Shown one piece after another: positions 1-12,187 of a stretch of 64,000 bases of DNA. Where the stretch lies: positions 16,847,420 through 16,911,419 of the forward strand of contig OZ316898.1 of the NCBI GenBank assembly GCA_973895155.1, written 5' to 3'. The notes under the pieces were generated by a model. The model was not told the origin of the DNA, ran no database searches, and saw nothing but the letters and a program-made list of their open reading frames with translations. This DNA is from Marsupella aquatica. Its lineage: Eukaryota; Plantae; Marchantiophyta. The position numbers and the translations under genes were made by a program. The first letter of the stretch is position 1. Each line of letters starts with the position of its first letter.

Positions 1-3000
1 GACTCATCAGCCGCACTGCCAAACACTACGTTCGCCATTCGTTCGACATTACTGTGCCCTTCCTGTCCAGTAGGCCAATTCGGTCAGGTAATTGCCTCCC
101 CTTGAGTCCTCCTCGCTCAAGCCTGCCACACAAATATTTCGCAAATACACTGTGCCAATTCTGGACGATCTTTCCTGGAATGTCATGCGGAATTCACTTA
201 TTGGGGATTCATTTCGGAAACTGCACATTGAAAACGGGCGCCTAGATGTGTATTTAGAATAATACTCAACAATTTAAAAATAAATGGATTTAGTATAGTA
301 CAAAATGACATAGTCGATATATTTTCACATTGTGGTGTCCAGTCATTAGAACTCGAGTTCATTGTGTTGAGTTATTGAATGTTATAGTAATGAGAATATG
401 AAATTTGTATCTTTTCATATTTCTCAATGCCATTCAGATTGCATGGATACACATAAGTCCGAATTTTGATAACATTACTCCTCCCAACAAACATAACACA
501 CTGGTAGCAGTGCTCATTGCAAAAAATGAGATCTCAAGTCTTGGACAGGCACTCTGGCACCATCTAAGAGTGAGGTTGTACTAAATGAATTCCCAACTGG
601 CTATCTGACTTGGTGTCATCCCAAGTCATCCCAATTTGCGTAGGACCTGGAGCCAATGGGTTATACTAAATCACTAAATGAGTTGAGAAGGTACGATCTA
701 CCTAAACTAGTGCCATCCTAATTTGCACAACAGTTGGAGCCAGGGGTTCACATGTTTTCCAGGAACCATTGACCAGAACTAGTGTCCTCCAAGTGTGCAT
801 AGGACTGGTGCAAACATGGAGTAACTCATTCTCCTGTCTACATTTTAAAAACATAATTTAAAAACACATTTTAAAAACAATATATACTTTAAAGAGTCAG
901 TGTTGACATGAGGATCGTACAATACTTTAAAGATTTACAATCCTTTGGGGTCTTGACGAGGAGCCCCAAATAAGTTATTAGTGGGGCCCAACATTTTAAT
1001 ATTACTTAGTAATTGGGCGAGACGGCATGGCACCAGTGTACTAACAATCCCTGCCACCAAAAACTGGATACCTTCCGGCCCAACTGGGAACTGTCTCCCG
1101 GTTGCTCTTTGGCATTGTGATATTCATACTGTGATTTGGGATCATTTCACTAGTTGACATTATTAGGTCCACTCGGTAAGTAATTCCAAAGTGTAGGGAA
1201 AATTGCATTGGGGTTGGCAATTTGGATGAAATTTACAATGGATGTTCATAGGCCAGAAAGAAGTAGAATTACATTGGAGAGTAAAGATCCATATAATTCC
1301 AAGCGGCAGAGAAACATGATTGAATGTAAGGCAACGGTCCAGATATCTTGACGAAACCTTGCCCTCACTTATGAACAATAAGGGGTTCTTGTCTGATGTC
1401 AGCGGTCAGTTCTATATGCCCTATTGAGGGGTCTAAACTATAGACTCTTATTAAGGTTCTAGACTCTTGCTGGAAAACCTAGTTAATTAGAACGCTTTGG
1501 GTCTTACTTTTAGATGCTCCTAGCTTGCCCTTTGCCATTTAGGTGATCAAAGATTTAGGTGATCAAAGACTGGTGTCCAGTTTTTCCAGCTTTAGTCTGT
1601 TGTGTACAAAAGGTTTTGTTGAACCTCGTTTTGGGATGGGGGTTTAGTGCAAAAGCTGATGAATCTTCAACTTGGTGAACCTTAATTGCCCCAATGAAGG
1701 CTGCTACCCTTGGGCTATCCTTCCCAGGACTACTATTGTCACTCAAACTCTGCACTTAATATATGGATCTACGCACTCTAGGTGGCAATTCTGAAGACAC
1801 ACACCCTCATGTTTCACCTTATGCACAATGGGTAGCACATGCTAACAAGAAACTCAATGGACAACTATAAACGACTCATCCAAAATATGATGTCGAGGTT
1901 TTCTACAACAAACTAGGCACACAAAAGTCATCACTCTTCCAGTGAACCTCTCAATCTTTGCTGCTCTTTCAAATATATATCACAATATATATCACAGTGC
2001 CAAAAAGGCGAAAAAATGTCAAGCCGGAAAACATGATCTCACAGGCAACAAGACCCAAAAAGGGGTGGGACAAGGGGAAGACCCCAAGCAGACCAATGAT
2101 GGCCAACAAGCCCAAGAGTCCCCATACAAAGCTGTGAACTACACAAAACCCTGAACCCTTTCAACTCAACTGCAACCGACATCGTGGAGACCCAGAGAAT
2201 GAGTACCAGGACAAGCCAGGACGAGGGACTTGCTCGACGTCGGCCACCTTGGTCTGAACAGATTCCATTGCTGGCAAACCCATCAATCTACAGTCCACAG
2301 ATCGATATAAGCGAGCGAATCAGACATCACAGATTGTGCTGGATTCAATCACCGACGAATGTCAGTCCTTACCTGTCCACTCGTCATTCATCCCTGTAAA
2401 AACATTTTTCTGGTACTTCTTTCGTCAGAAGTGTAATGGCCGATCTGGATCGCTCAATTGGAGCCTGCAATGCTCCAAACCTCAATCACAAACAGTCGTC
2501 GATGGATGATCTGGGCAAGGAATATATTGATGTTCTTCTGGGTCATTTACTGTAGCAATTCTTAGGAATCTTTTGCCCATGCAACGCGTTACAGGTATAG
2601 CTTTGGGAGCTAGTCCTGTAAAGTAAACTTTCACGTTTGAAGGCATTTTTAAAAAACTCATTCAAGACCAGAAATCCAAGCTCCAATAGATTACACTGTT
2701 TGACAAGATGCTATAGCGCTCACCTACATGAATTCAGCCTACATGAATTAGTGTTACTTTGGACTCAAGAGTGTAAAATTGCGGAAAAACATAAAACTTG
2801 AAAATACACAAGAAGTAGTGTTACTTTGGACTCAAGATCACTTTCACCAAAATCAGTGTTGGTGTAACACTAATTTTGGTAGTAAGGCTAATACTTACAT
2901 ACTACTTATTACAATGAACACGGTAGTATGGAGGGACCATACTGAAACATGTTTTTAATGAAATCTTACATTTTCTTGGTATCAGTTTTTTGATTGCCAA

Positions 3001-3252
3001 AAAGTGCTTTGTACATCACAGCCCCTAGGTCAGACCTTGTGGTCCCATTGAAGCAACATCTTTGGAAGAGCACTGGCCCAGATATTCATCTATCATTAGA
3101 GAGAATTCACATACAGCACGGAGGGCAACATACTAAAGAAAGGTTGGCAAGCATTAGGAACAAGTTGATCCCAAGGGGCTAACGATGCCTTAATTGGTGG
3201 CCAAGCCCACAACCACAAGTTCTCTGATTGCTAGGAAAGCTTTGATAATCTT

Positions 3253-3600
3253 CTATTCTGGGTTTCTAGTTTCATGTTTTTGGATGAACCAATTTGTAAC
3301 AGCACAAGGCATATGAGAATTGGAAATGGGGATGATTTTTTTCAAAGCATATAGATGCGCAAAATTTGTTTGGCAACCAGAATCAGCACATAAAGCTTTA
3401 CAAAGTTGAAGTGTGTTGTAGTCAGAGGTACTAGCTTTATCAAACATTATAATATCGGGTAGAATGGCTGTTGTTTGTTTATGAAATGTCATCTAGCTGG
3501 GCATTAAGAAATAGTGGCTGTTTGCTGATAAAGTGTTTTTTGTCACTGTTCAATGATCCAAAAGCCCAGGTGCCCTGCTCGCCTCGCCTTGCCATCCAAG
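3253..3600 (-). pseudogene. Possible decayed hAT transposase C-terminal (dimerisation) fragment
   Basis: Minus-strand translation ...TLQLCKALCADSGCQTNFAHLYALKKIIPISNS...ETRN loosely follows the hATC pattern F..L..L...IP.S...RN. The diagnostic ER.FS is missing, so support is weak. Confidence 0.25.
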
Positions 3601-6600
3601 CCTCTAATCTGCACTGCACAAGGCATAGGCATAGGCCTTGTACACACACTATACAATGTAATCTCATTCTTTCTTTCTCCTGGTCTCCTGGTCTGTTTAT
3701 AAAATATTATGTTAAGGGGAAACCTCACTGCTCATTTGATTATGGTGACAGTTTTCCTCACCATGAGATGGATCTAAAGGGAGCACCTTGCACCTTTTCC
3801 ACCCCAACCCTGACACTTTTCCCCCAGCACACACATTCCTTGAAATCCAATTGTGTGACCACCTCACCTATGCTTGACAACACTTCTGCTCAACATCACT
3901 TATTGTCAATAATAATATTGTGTAATGGACAGCGATTGGGCTAGTAACACAATTTGCATTCAATGAAACTCTCAGTTCAAGCTTTTGACAAGACACTCAT
4001 ATCTTTTCGTTCACCTTCAAAACCCACAAAAGCTGGTGGATCTCATCCATATTCTTTTACGACATTTTCAAAGAGGTGTGGCATTTATGGAAAGGTTTAA
4101 TGAAGGAAAGATATATAAAACGTAACCACAATACAGATACAGGTGAATGCAACATAGTAATGGCAACTCTCACAACTCAAAAGGTGGTCTAGACTCCAAA
4201 AGTATCAAACATAGATTGGTAAGATCACTTGAAATTGACACAGGTATGCTAGGTTTAGAGATGGAGGGCAAGGTGCTTGGCAAGAGGTTGGGTGGGGGAA
4301 AAGCCAAAAGGCTCCACACTGAGTGGATTGTTGTATCATGTCGAGCATTAAGTCTGCACTTTCCCTTTTCTATTGATTTGGTACGAAAGAAACTCAAAAG
4401 TCGTGTCTGCACTTTTGGGGCATCCACGAGACTGGAACGGAGGCTCATGCAACAAGCAACAATCAGGGCAAAAGCCATTTCCAATAATTGGGCAGGATGG
4501 TTGGGAGGAGACAAACAGCAGCATGAAGCAGCAGCCTTCTTGCTTTTGAAGGTTCTTTCCACAACCATCCCACAACAGCAGAGACGACCAGCTTTCCGGA
4601 TTGATAATGTATCGATACTGTAAGAAACGCACATATAAGCGAGTCCCTTTGGCTTTTGGCTGGGGCTAGGTTGCAATCTACGCAAGGGAATTTCTATGTG
4701 AGGGGCTCGTGTTTTCTTTGCCTTGAAACATCCAATTGAATTCTGGCTCGTGCTTGCTTTGTATCAATGAATTGGGACTCGGAAACAGATTGTCAAGATG
4801 GAATTCATTATAAAGTAGATCTAGAGTACACCTTGGTGGTTTTTGCTATATTATATTTCTGCGTAGGTGTGGTTACTTCAGCGGCAGCCCCACAAGTTGT
4901 CACGACAAGTTGGCGTTGTAAAATGGATTGTCAGAAGAGTGGGGACCAATATAAATGAACCGAAGAAATCATTCCTGAAATATACAAATTAGTCTTACGA
5001 GGACCCTCGTGGGTTGCCAATAATTGTATTGAAGCATCTCGACCAGGATAGCATCAACGCCATGAACACGTCAGGATAGCCAGGATAGCCATGGTGTACT
5101 CCCTCCTTTTTAATGTTTATTGAAAGTTTATTTCCAAGACAAAAGAAAAGCCGATCTCCTGTGGCCGCACGCGTGGTACTTGACCCTCAATTGTATACCG
5201 TCGGATATTGGGCCACAGCACTCTTGATTACATTCAGTCCTTCAACCATGCAATGAGAGCTTGAGAAGGTATTATGTGTTCCAAGGTTTTGGTCATTAGA
5301 CTCAACCAACCTATCTTATGCACGATAATGAGACACGATGGCAGAATGAAACTAAAAGGTGACAGCAAGTCAGAGAATGGAGCCCTCGAGCAGCAAACCT
5401 AGGTTGGCTTGTTAATGAATGTTTATTAGATTGTTTGCTCCAGACTGTCAAGAGGAGAATTTTCCGAATCCCTGTCCTCGGATGCTAAGCTGGGTTGGGT
5501 TGGAATTCTTCCAGACTACAGAAATGCAGAGTTTTTATGTCAAGCGGATAAAGGTTTGAATACCGGCTCCCGAACACTACCTAGTTCTGGGTGCCAATTC
5601 ATCGTAGTCAGCTACTGTGGAATTATCATCGATCAACTCTGCCATCTTCTCTGCCAAGAGACACCGAGAATATATCCTCGCCTATGCTGATGGGGATTGG
5701 GTAGCGTGCGTACTTCAGTAATAAGTGCTGCTGAAGAATAGACCGATCCTGAAAGTGAATTTTTGCCCAAGGAAAGACACAGGACGGGATTCATGTGGTA
5801 GCTCCGACCCAAACTACAGGTCTGGAAAGTTATTTTAGTCGATTCAGTCAACGAAAGATTGAAGACAGGAATGCCATGCGTTCCTGGTCCTTTGATCCTG
5901 AGGTCGGGTCGCGTATGACTAAGGTTGTAATTAATCAGAGACAGACATATTTGATGAACTTGCGTACTGTGGCACGCCTGTAAAGTGCTGAGAGAGGGAA
6001 TGGAATCCCTGTCCTCCAATGCACTCGATATTTATGTTCGTCATTAATCTCCTTGTTGAACAGGTTTGTTGATCTATGGCGCAACAGTGCCAACAGATAT
6101 CGATACACATGCCAAAGACTCCCATGTTGGACTTGGGCTGTGTGGGTTGGTCAAGATTTAATGTCTTCTGAATGAATAACAGCTCTCCCAAAAGAGAAGT
6201 CGAGCTGTCTTCTGAATGAATTAAGAGCTATCCCAAAAGATGAGTCGAGCCCAGACCCCAAGGCTCCAATGCCCAAGTACATTGCAATGAGAATACCTTA
6301 TTACAGCGGATTTCGATAATCAATGAACCCAGACAACCCTAAACCCTAAACCTCCATCTTAGCAAACTAACGAAGCTCACAGGGGGACACGATCTGCTGT
6401 AGGAGCAACCCACGAGACAGTACAAGAAATTCCATCGATGGCGGGAAGGGTAATGAAATGCCCCCACCACAAGAGTCTACAGTGGATTCGAGGATCCAAT
6501 GTTGTACTGGAGTAGAGCAGGTCTCTGATTCTGTCACGCCCTACTCACGACCCTCTGTGCTCGTGTAGTGCAGCAGTGCTTTACCGTCCCTACCTTTTTA

Positions 6601-8720
6601 TGTCATTGTTCTCTCGGGACTCGAGTCTCGTTCGCGTTAATATGACTGCGCTCTGTCATTGGTGTTTCCTCTTCTCTTCATGTGTTTCCCGCAAGCTATG
6701 CAGATTCTATCAGCATAGATGGTAGGTACCCAAGTAACATGGGTCTACAAAAACTTCCACAACGTCGTGCTGCTGAAAAGCTTCGTGGCTTACAGTCAAA
6801 ACGATTCGATGGATCAATGTCGACCGAGAGTTGACTCACAGGTGCAGGCTGTCAAACTACCGAGCCAGCATGTGAAAGCAATCATCAACAATTAGTCGCA
6901 GCATGACAACTGTCTAGGCTCAGCTCGCGCAAACTAGACCGCCGATAACAGGTTTACAAAATCTCTCACTCAAGTATTCATCTCGGGTCCGAACACTTTG
7001 ACATAATTATTATGAGAACCAGAAAAGTCCGTTTGGTTCGCTCTGGGTGATCCAAAGCAAAAACCCCAGAAGCAACGACCAAATTGACTATGTCAACTGC
7101 AAACAGTATACTGCAACGGGTCAATATTTCTCTCGAACGTTTTACCCTATGGATCTTGAGGTTCCACCAAACCTGGATGGACCACCAACTGTGTGACACC
7201 AAAAATGTGCCTATGCAACCATCGATACAAAAGAAAAAGTACTATCTTAATTCAAAATTATGTTGAAGACTGTTGATCCATCCGTCAATAAATAGTGGTT
7301 CATGTTGCACTTTTTGGCTCTGCTTCTTTGCCGAACATGGTGGTCATTCAGGCTTTATTAGTTGAGAAGTGACGGGAAATCTACCGTACCAAAACAATAG
7401 GGAGTCTCAAAAGCATTTTTTTGGTCAGGGGTGATTGAATTTGGCCATAAATAAATGGCTGCCACTTTTTACACAGGATTGTATAAAAGTTTCTCTTTTC
7501 ATTTTTTTCACACGTTCTATAGGGACTTGTGACTGACACTTTCTACACAGGATTGTATAAAGGTTTTTCTTAATTTTTCCACTCCTATAGGTGACTTAGG
7601 GTCCTTGAAATATGGTCATTCTTTAAGTCAAGATTAGTACGTACCCCCTACTTAGGTATGCTTTAATACTTACCAAGAAGACAAGATATGCTTCCTGTTT
7701 TGGTTACTTATTAATTTTAGAAATAACTAGACTCCATGGATATTCTTTGAATATTAATATAAATGATCATAAAAATAACCATCCATGGTCATCATTTTGA
7801 AATTTATCATTTGTCTTTCCATCCACATAAATTTTGTTGGGGCCCTAGAGTCACTGTCTAGACTAGGAGGCCTAGACCCCAACTCCAGCTTATGGGCATT
7901 ATTTATTAGTAAGACGAAGATGATCATACACTACAAAGTCAATGTTTTGAATCAAATGCTCATAACATTCCCAAATTTGCATCACAACATTATTTCCAAT
8001 TCATGAGTACTCATTAATATTATGTAAACCAGATTATTTATTGCACAAGCCTGGATTTACACTACAGTAATAACTGTTGTTGCCATTGATTTTTCAGTTA
8101 ATTAAATGCTGCCAAAATTCTTCCCTTCTCTCAGTTCTCTGGCTCCTGGTGAAATGATACAAAGAAAAATAAATGACCTCCCATCCCGCCTCCCATGGTG
8201 CACACCATCACTGTTAGAAATCAACATTTGATTTCATTCATCAATAAGAAATCCAATGACATACATCTTTTCTTGTGACTGTTATGTACGTCATTCACCA
8301 TCCTCCTTGTTAGCCAAGGATAAATCAAATGAGTCAATTAATAATATCTAGACTTAGTCTATAAAGTAATAAATAATCTATAAAGTAACACTTTTACTTT
8401 GTACTCAGGGAGATAAAATATTTACAAAATATTACTTGTTTGCCCTCACTCTTTTTTAGTTAGTTTTTAGTTCATTTTTATTTTTCTTAAGTTTTTGCCA
8501 CTCCTGGGTATGATAGTTTTTGCTGGCGTCACAAGGAGCAGGAATGGTCGTGTTCATTGTTGCAGCAATTATCATTGTTTGTGCTTGTGGTGAAAACCAT
8601 TGATGTGGTGCCTCTTAGGTTTGAGACTCCCTACTAGTTCTTGTTTGGTACCTTTATAGAAGTTGTAGTAATGTGGAGCCCCTGCTATCAAGACTAGTAG
8701 ACTCTAGGAAAACTACACGA

Positions 8721-9083
8721 TTGGACCGTGCGGTCAACCCTGGATGGTCGACCGAGAAACCACGAAGATTATCCGGGAGAAACCGCGAAAAGCGACTGCT
8801 ATTGTCAAAATTGTGATTTGAAGACAATATGCATTATGTCTTCGGATTCAAAATTTGACCGATCGCGTGGTAGTCATTAGGTTTGCTTGATGGGTTTTTT
8901 TGTGATTGTTGGACCGTGTGGGAGGCCACCCCTGCATGGTCGAAGAAACATGTGAAACTGCGGAGATGATGTGGGAGAACTGCAAAAAACTGTTGCCGCT
9001 ACCCAAACCGTGACTTGAATTCAATATGGATTATGTCTTCAAGTTCAAATTTTTACCGTATTGCGGGGTAGTCATTAGGTATG
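8721..9083. repeat. Diverged tandem duplication with a unit of about 190 bp
   Basis: Both units start TTGGACCGTG (8721 and 8909) and share ATGGTCGA, GGGAGAA, CAATATG.ATTATGTCTTC, TTCAAA and GGTAGTCATTAGGT. Confidence 0.75.
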
Positions 9084-9599
9084 TTTTTCACACATTGCAC
9101 ATGGGTTTCTCACAATATTTTCATGTGCGACTGTCAGCGTCAGTACAGGGTACCTCCAAATGTCCACAAAGAATATTCAAGTTCAATGTTCAGAATTTGC
9201 CCATTGCTGGGACAACAAAAATAAGCAAATGATCGACAAATGCGCTCAAAAATTGGTGATACTCCCCTATGCAATGCATACAAACAATTTCAAAAGAAGA
9301 CAGACCCGAAGGTGTCATGGTACACCCTAAACCCTAAACCTTGAAACACAGGAAGGCATAATCCATTGTGTCTTCAGACATTAACCCATCGAATCTTGTG
9401 GTACTGGTATTGTTGCCCGTTTCGATGAACAGCGATAGACTACGGCGACCCGCGTGGTAGACTAGGCGCTATAGACTGCAACAACAAGTGTGGTGGACTG
9501 GGCTTGGGAGCACATTGCACTACGAGGCAATGAGTGTGGTTAACAGTACGTAGTAGGCACCGCACAAGGACAGGTGTATGCACCACACAAGAAGAGGTG

Positions 9600-9696
9600 T
9601 ATTGGTCATTAAGAGGGGTCTCACTTGGTAAAAACATTACCTAGGGGCCCATCAGGTAAGAAAGGTTCACCGGGGGGCCTATCAAGCATATATCTC
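9600..9696. mobile_element. Solo right-hand TIR related to the 10680-10858 MITE family
   Basis: Ends GGGGGGCCTATCAAGCATATATCTC, similar to the right TIR at 10834-10858, with the same internal GGGG..TC subrepeats. No partner TIR was found. Confidence 0.5.
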
Positions 9697-10162
9697 AACT
9701 AGCATTGTATCCAGTATTGTGCTTTGCTCTTGTGACCTCTATAGTCTCATTTGGATTCCACACTGTTTAGTCACTACAGTGAATTGAGTCACTTGTAAAC
9801 GTTTTAAGGCCATGAGAAAGTCTTACTAACATTTTTAAACAGTAATTGCAAGTGCTTCAAATCATTGTTTATGGTAACACTCATTATGTAAATTACCTCA
9901 CATTATTTGTGGGGCCATGATTGATACCAACTTTGTTGCATGAAAGCATGAATCTTGCTGCAAGGTGTATTGACACTATTTGGGTGTCAAAAAGAGAGTG
10001 TGTTGAGAATGTTATGGGAAACATGAACTTTTGGATAGTGACAATCACAAAGAATTCCTTAAATCAAGAGTCTTGCTAAACCATTAAATTCACATTAATC
10101 ATTCAATTATAACATTTTCTGTTGTGTGTTTTCACAGGCATCATTGATTTTAATGTTATTTT

Positions 10163-10504
10163 TTTAAAGCAAAGACTCTACTTGCAATGGCATGAACATT
10201 GAACTACCAAGTGATCAACACATAGAGATAAGTGCTTCCCCGTCGATGAGGCTACATCCACAAGACTCGCCACAAGAACACACAAATCTATTCTGCACCC
10301 ATCAGCCATACCAAGTTTAGGCAGCACAAGCTCTCTCTATCTCTCAAGTGGTTTTGTAACAATGAGCTTGACTTCCTCCTCCACAAGCAAACACTGCTTT
10401 GGTATATAGGATGCAACATGGCTAACATAACCAAGTTTGCAACTATGGTTAACCCTAACTACAAATACAATCGTAACTCTAAACTTAAGAGTAAATGCCT
10501 AGCA
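10163..10504. mobile_element. Older, degraded solo-LTR copy of the same family as 36462-36782
   Basis: Shares colinear blocks with the 36.5 kb copy: AGCAAAGAC, TGAGGCTACATCCA, ATCAG.CATACCAAGTT, TAACAATGAGC, AACACTGCTT, CCCTAACTA, GAGTAAATGCCTA.CA. The left end and TSD are eroded. Confidence 0.7.
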
Positions 10505-10679
10505 GTTTATCGTTTCATTCTTTGTGTTATTTGAGCTCCAAAGCTTCTGTACTGACATATTAGTGTTCCTTGCACTTACTATGCCAAACAGTGTAATTAT
10601 GGAGTTTTGCAAATATTTTCACTCAGGCGGCTTTAATTGTCTTCATGCCCTACTTGCTGGGTGCTGTCATCTTAGTGTG

Positions 10680-10858
10680 GAGGTATTTGCTTGATCGACC
10701 CCCAAAATGAGACTTGTTACTTGATCGACCCCTTGAGGTCTATGAACGGCCCAGATCTGAGATCAAAAGGTCCATCAATAGTCCAGATTGGGGAAAAGTA
10801 TTGAGGGGGTTCATTAAGCAAACATTTTCCAGAGGGGGGTCTACTAAGCATATCCCTC
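10680..10858. mobile_element. Mutator-like MITE (179 bp)
   Basis: Imperfect TIRs GAGGTATTTGCTTGATCGACCCCC and GGGGGGTCTACTAAGCATATCCCTC. Flanked by a 10-bp TSD with one mismatch, TCTTAGTGTG (10670-10679) and TCTTAGTTTG (10859-10868). G..C termini with a 9-10 bp TSD are characteristic of MULEs. Confidence 0.8.
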
Positions 10859-10929
10859 TCTTAGTTTGTGCAAAATTGTATCATTAATAACGTTGTATTC
10901 CTGATTTACAAGTAAATTGGTATGCTTTT

Positions 10930-11480
10930 GAAACAAAGTGAAGCCCGGATGGACCACTTCGTTGGATATAGTGCTCCCGTGGACCACATTTTCGTTGTCT
11001 GTGGGATTTTGGGCTTATAACTTGATGATTATGATTTTTAAAATAATTTTTGAGTCATATTCATAGTATTTCATAATCATCAAGTCATAATCATAGTATT
11101 TCATAATTTACACAATCAAAATTTCATACAAAACCCTAGTAGTTCATAATCATCAAGTTATAATCATAGTATTTCATAACCCTAGTATTTCATATTTACA
11201 CAATGAAAATTTATGAAATGATCATACAAAAACCCTAGTATTTCATATTTACACAATGAAAATTAATCTAACAAAATTGACCTGGCTGCATTCCATGATG
11301 AATTCAACCAAAAACAAAAAATTCCCTACACTTCCATCAAAGTCACAGATTAATTGTAATGATTTAAAAAATATTTAAATTTATGAAAGTCAAGTCATTA
11401 CAATTAAACACAAATTCTGGGAAATATGGTCCATAGGGGTTTCAAAAGACCAAGGTGTGGTCCATGGGAATATAATTTCC
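10930..11480. mobile_element. Probable Mutator-like non-autonomous element with AT-rich internal tandem repeats
   Basis: Paired TGGACCAC motifs at the left (10950-10990) are mirrored by paired TGGTCCAT motifs at the right (11425-11480, ending TAATTTCC). Internal repeats TAGTATTTCATA and CATAATCATCAAGT lie at 11060-11265. No clear TSD. Confidence 0.5.
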
Positions 11481-12152
11481 GTTGTGAAACGTTAAATTTT
11501 TTTTGGAACACTGACTGTCTGTATGCATTGGTTTTCTAAAAAGTAAAGGAAAAGAGGGGAAATGTATTCTGGCCTTGCATTACTTTACTAAATAAAAATG
11601 TAATCAATATGTGGCGAACTGGGATCTCACCACGGTAAGGTACTTCATTGGTACATCACTTGTCAGTGGGTAGTAATGGCTGCAGATTTATTTTTAATCA
11701 AAAACAAATTAGAAACGTGCTGTCAATTCCCTAGCTTCTCGCTTTTCTTCTTGCCTTGAAAATCCAACTTTACTCCACAAAGGTGAACATTTCCCTGGTT
11801 TCTTCCTCCTCCTAGATGCTTCTAGCGAGCTGCCAGTCTGTTCAGGATTGAATGATTCTCTCTGCTCAGCTCACTCAGCTAATACGATACGGTATCTGTT
11901 ATTCATTTGTCGCCTCCCTGTGAATGAATGATAACCTCCTTGGCCATGATAGTCCAGCAAGCATCAGCCTGTTTCGTTGATTCTTCTACATGCACGGACA
12001 GAGCTCAACCAGAAACCTGTACTATGTTTGGCTAGATCATTTCGTCAAAGGTCCCCGAGTCCAAACTCCAGAGTGCCGTGTTTCGGTGATTATTCAACCT
12101 GTAATCCATTACCTTGCGGAAGATCCATGGAGCAATGACTGGATTGGACATT

Positions 12153-12187
12153 TGGACTGGACTGGACTGGACTGGACTGGACTGGAC
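12153..12187. repeat. (TGGAC)7 pentanucleotide microsatellite
   Basis: Seven perfect TGGAC units. Confidence 0.95.

Noticed and set aside
2490-2556. MDDLGKEYIDVLLGHL, vaguely like an hAT transposase segment
   Set aside because: Too short, with no diagnostic residues to support a call.
4147-4685. Overlapping 158-aa and 171-aa ORFs
   Set aside because: No recognisable motif, no supporting exon chain, and they lie amid decayed repeats.
6336-6352. Interstitial telomere (AAACCCT units; also near 9324-9340)
   Set aside because: Only about two units, which fits a telo-box or chance rather than a telomeric array.
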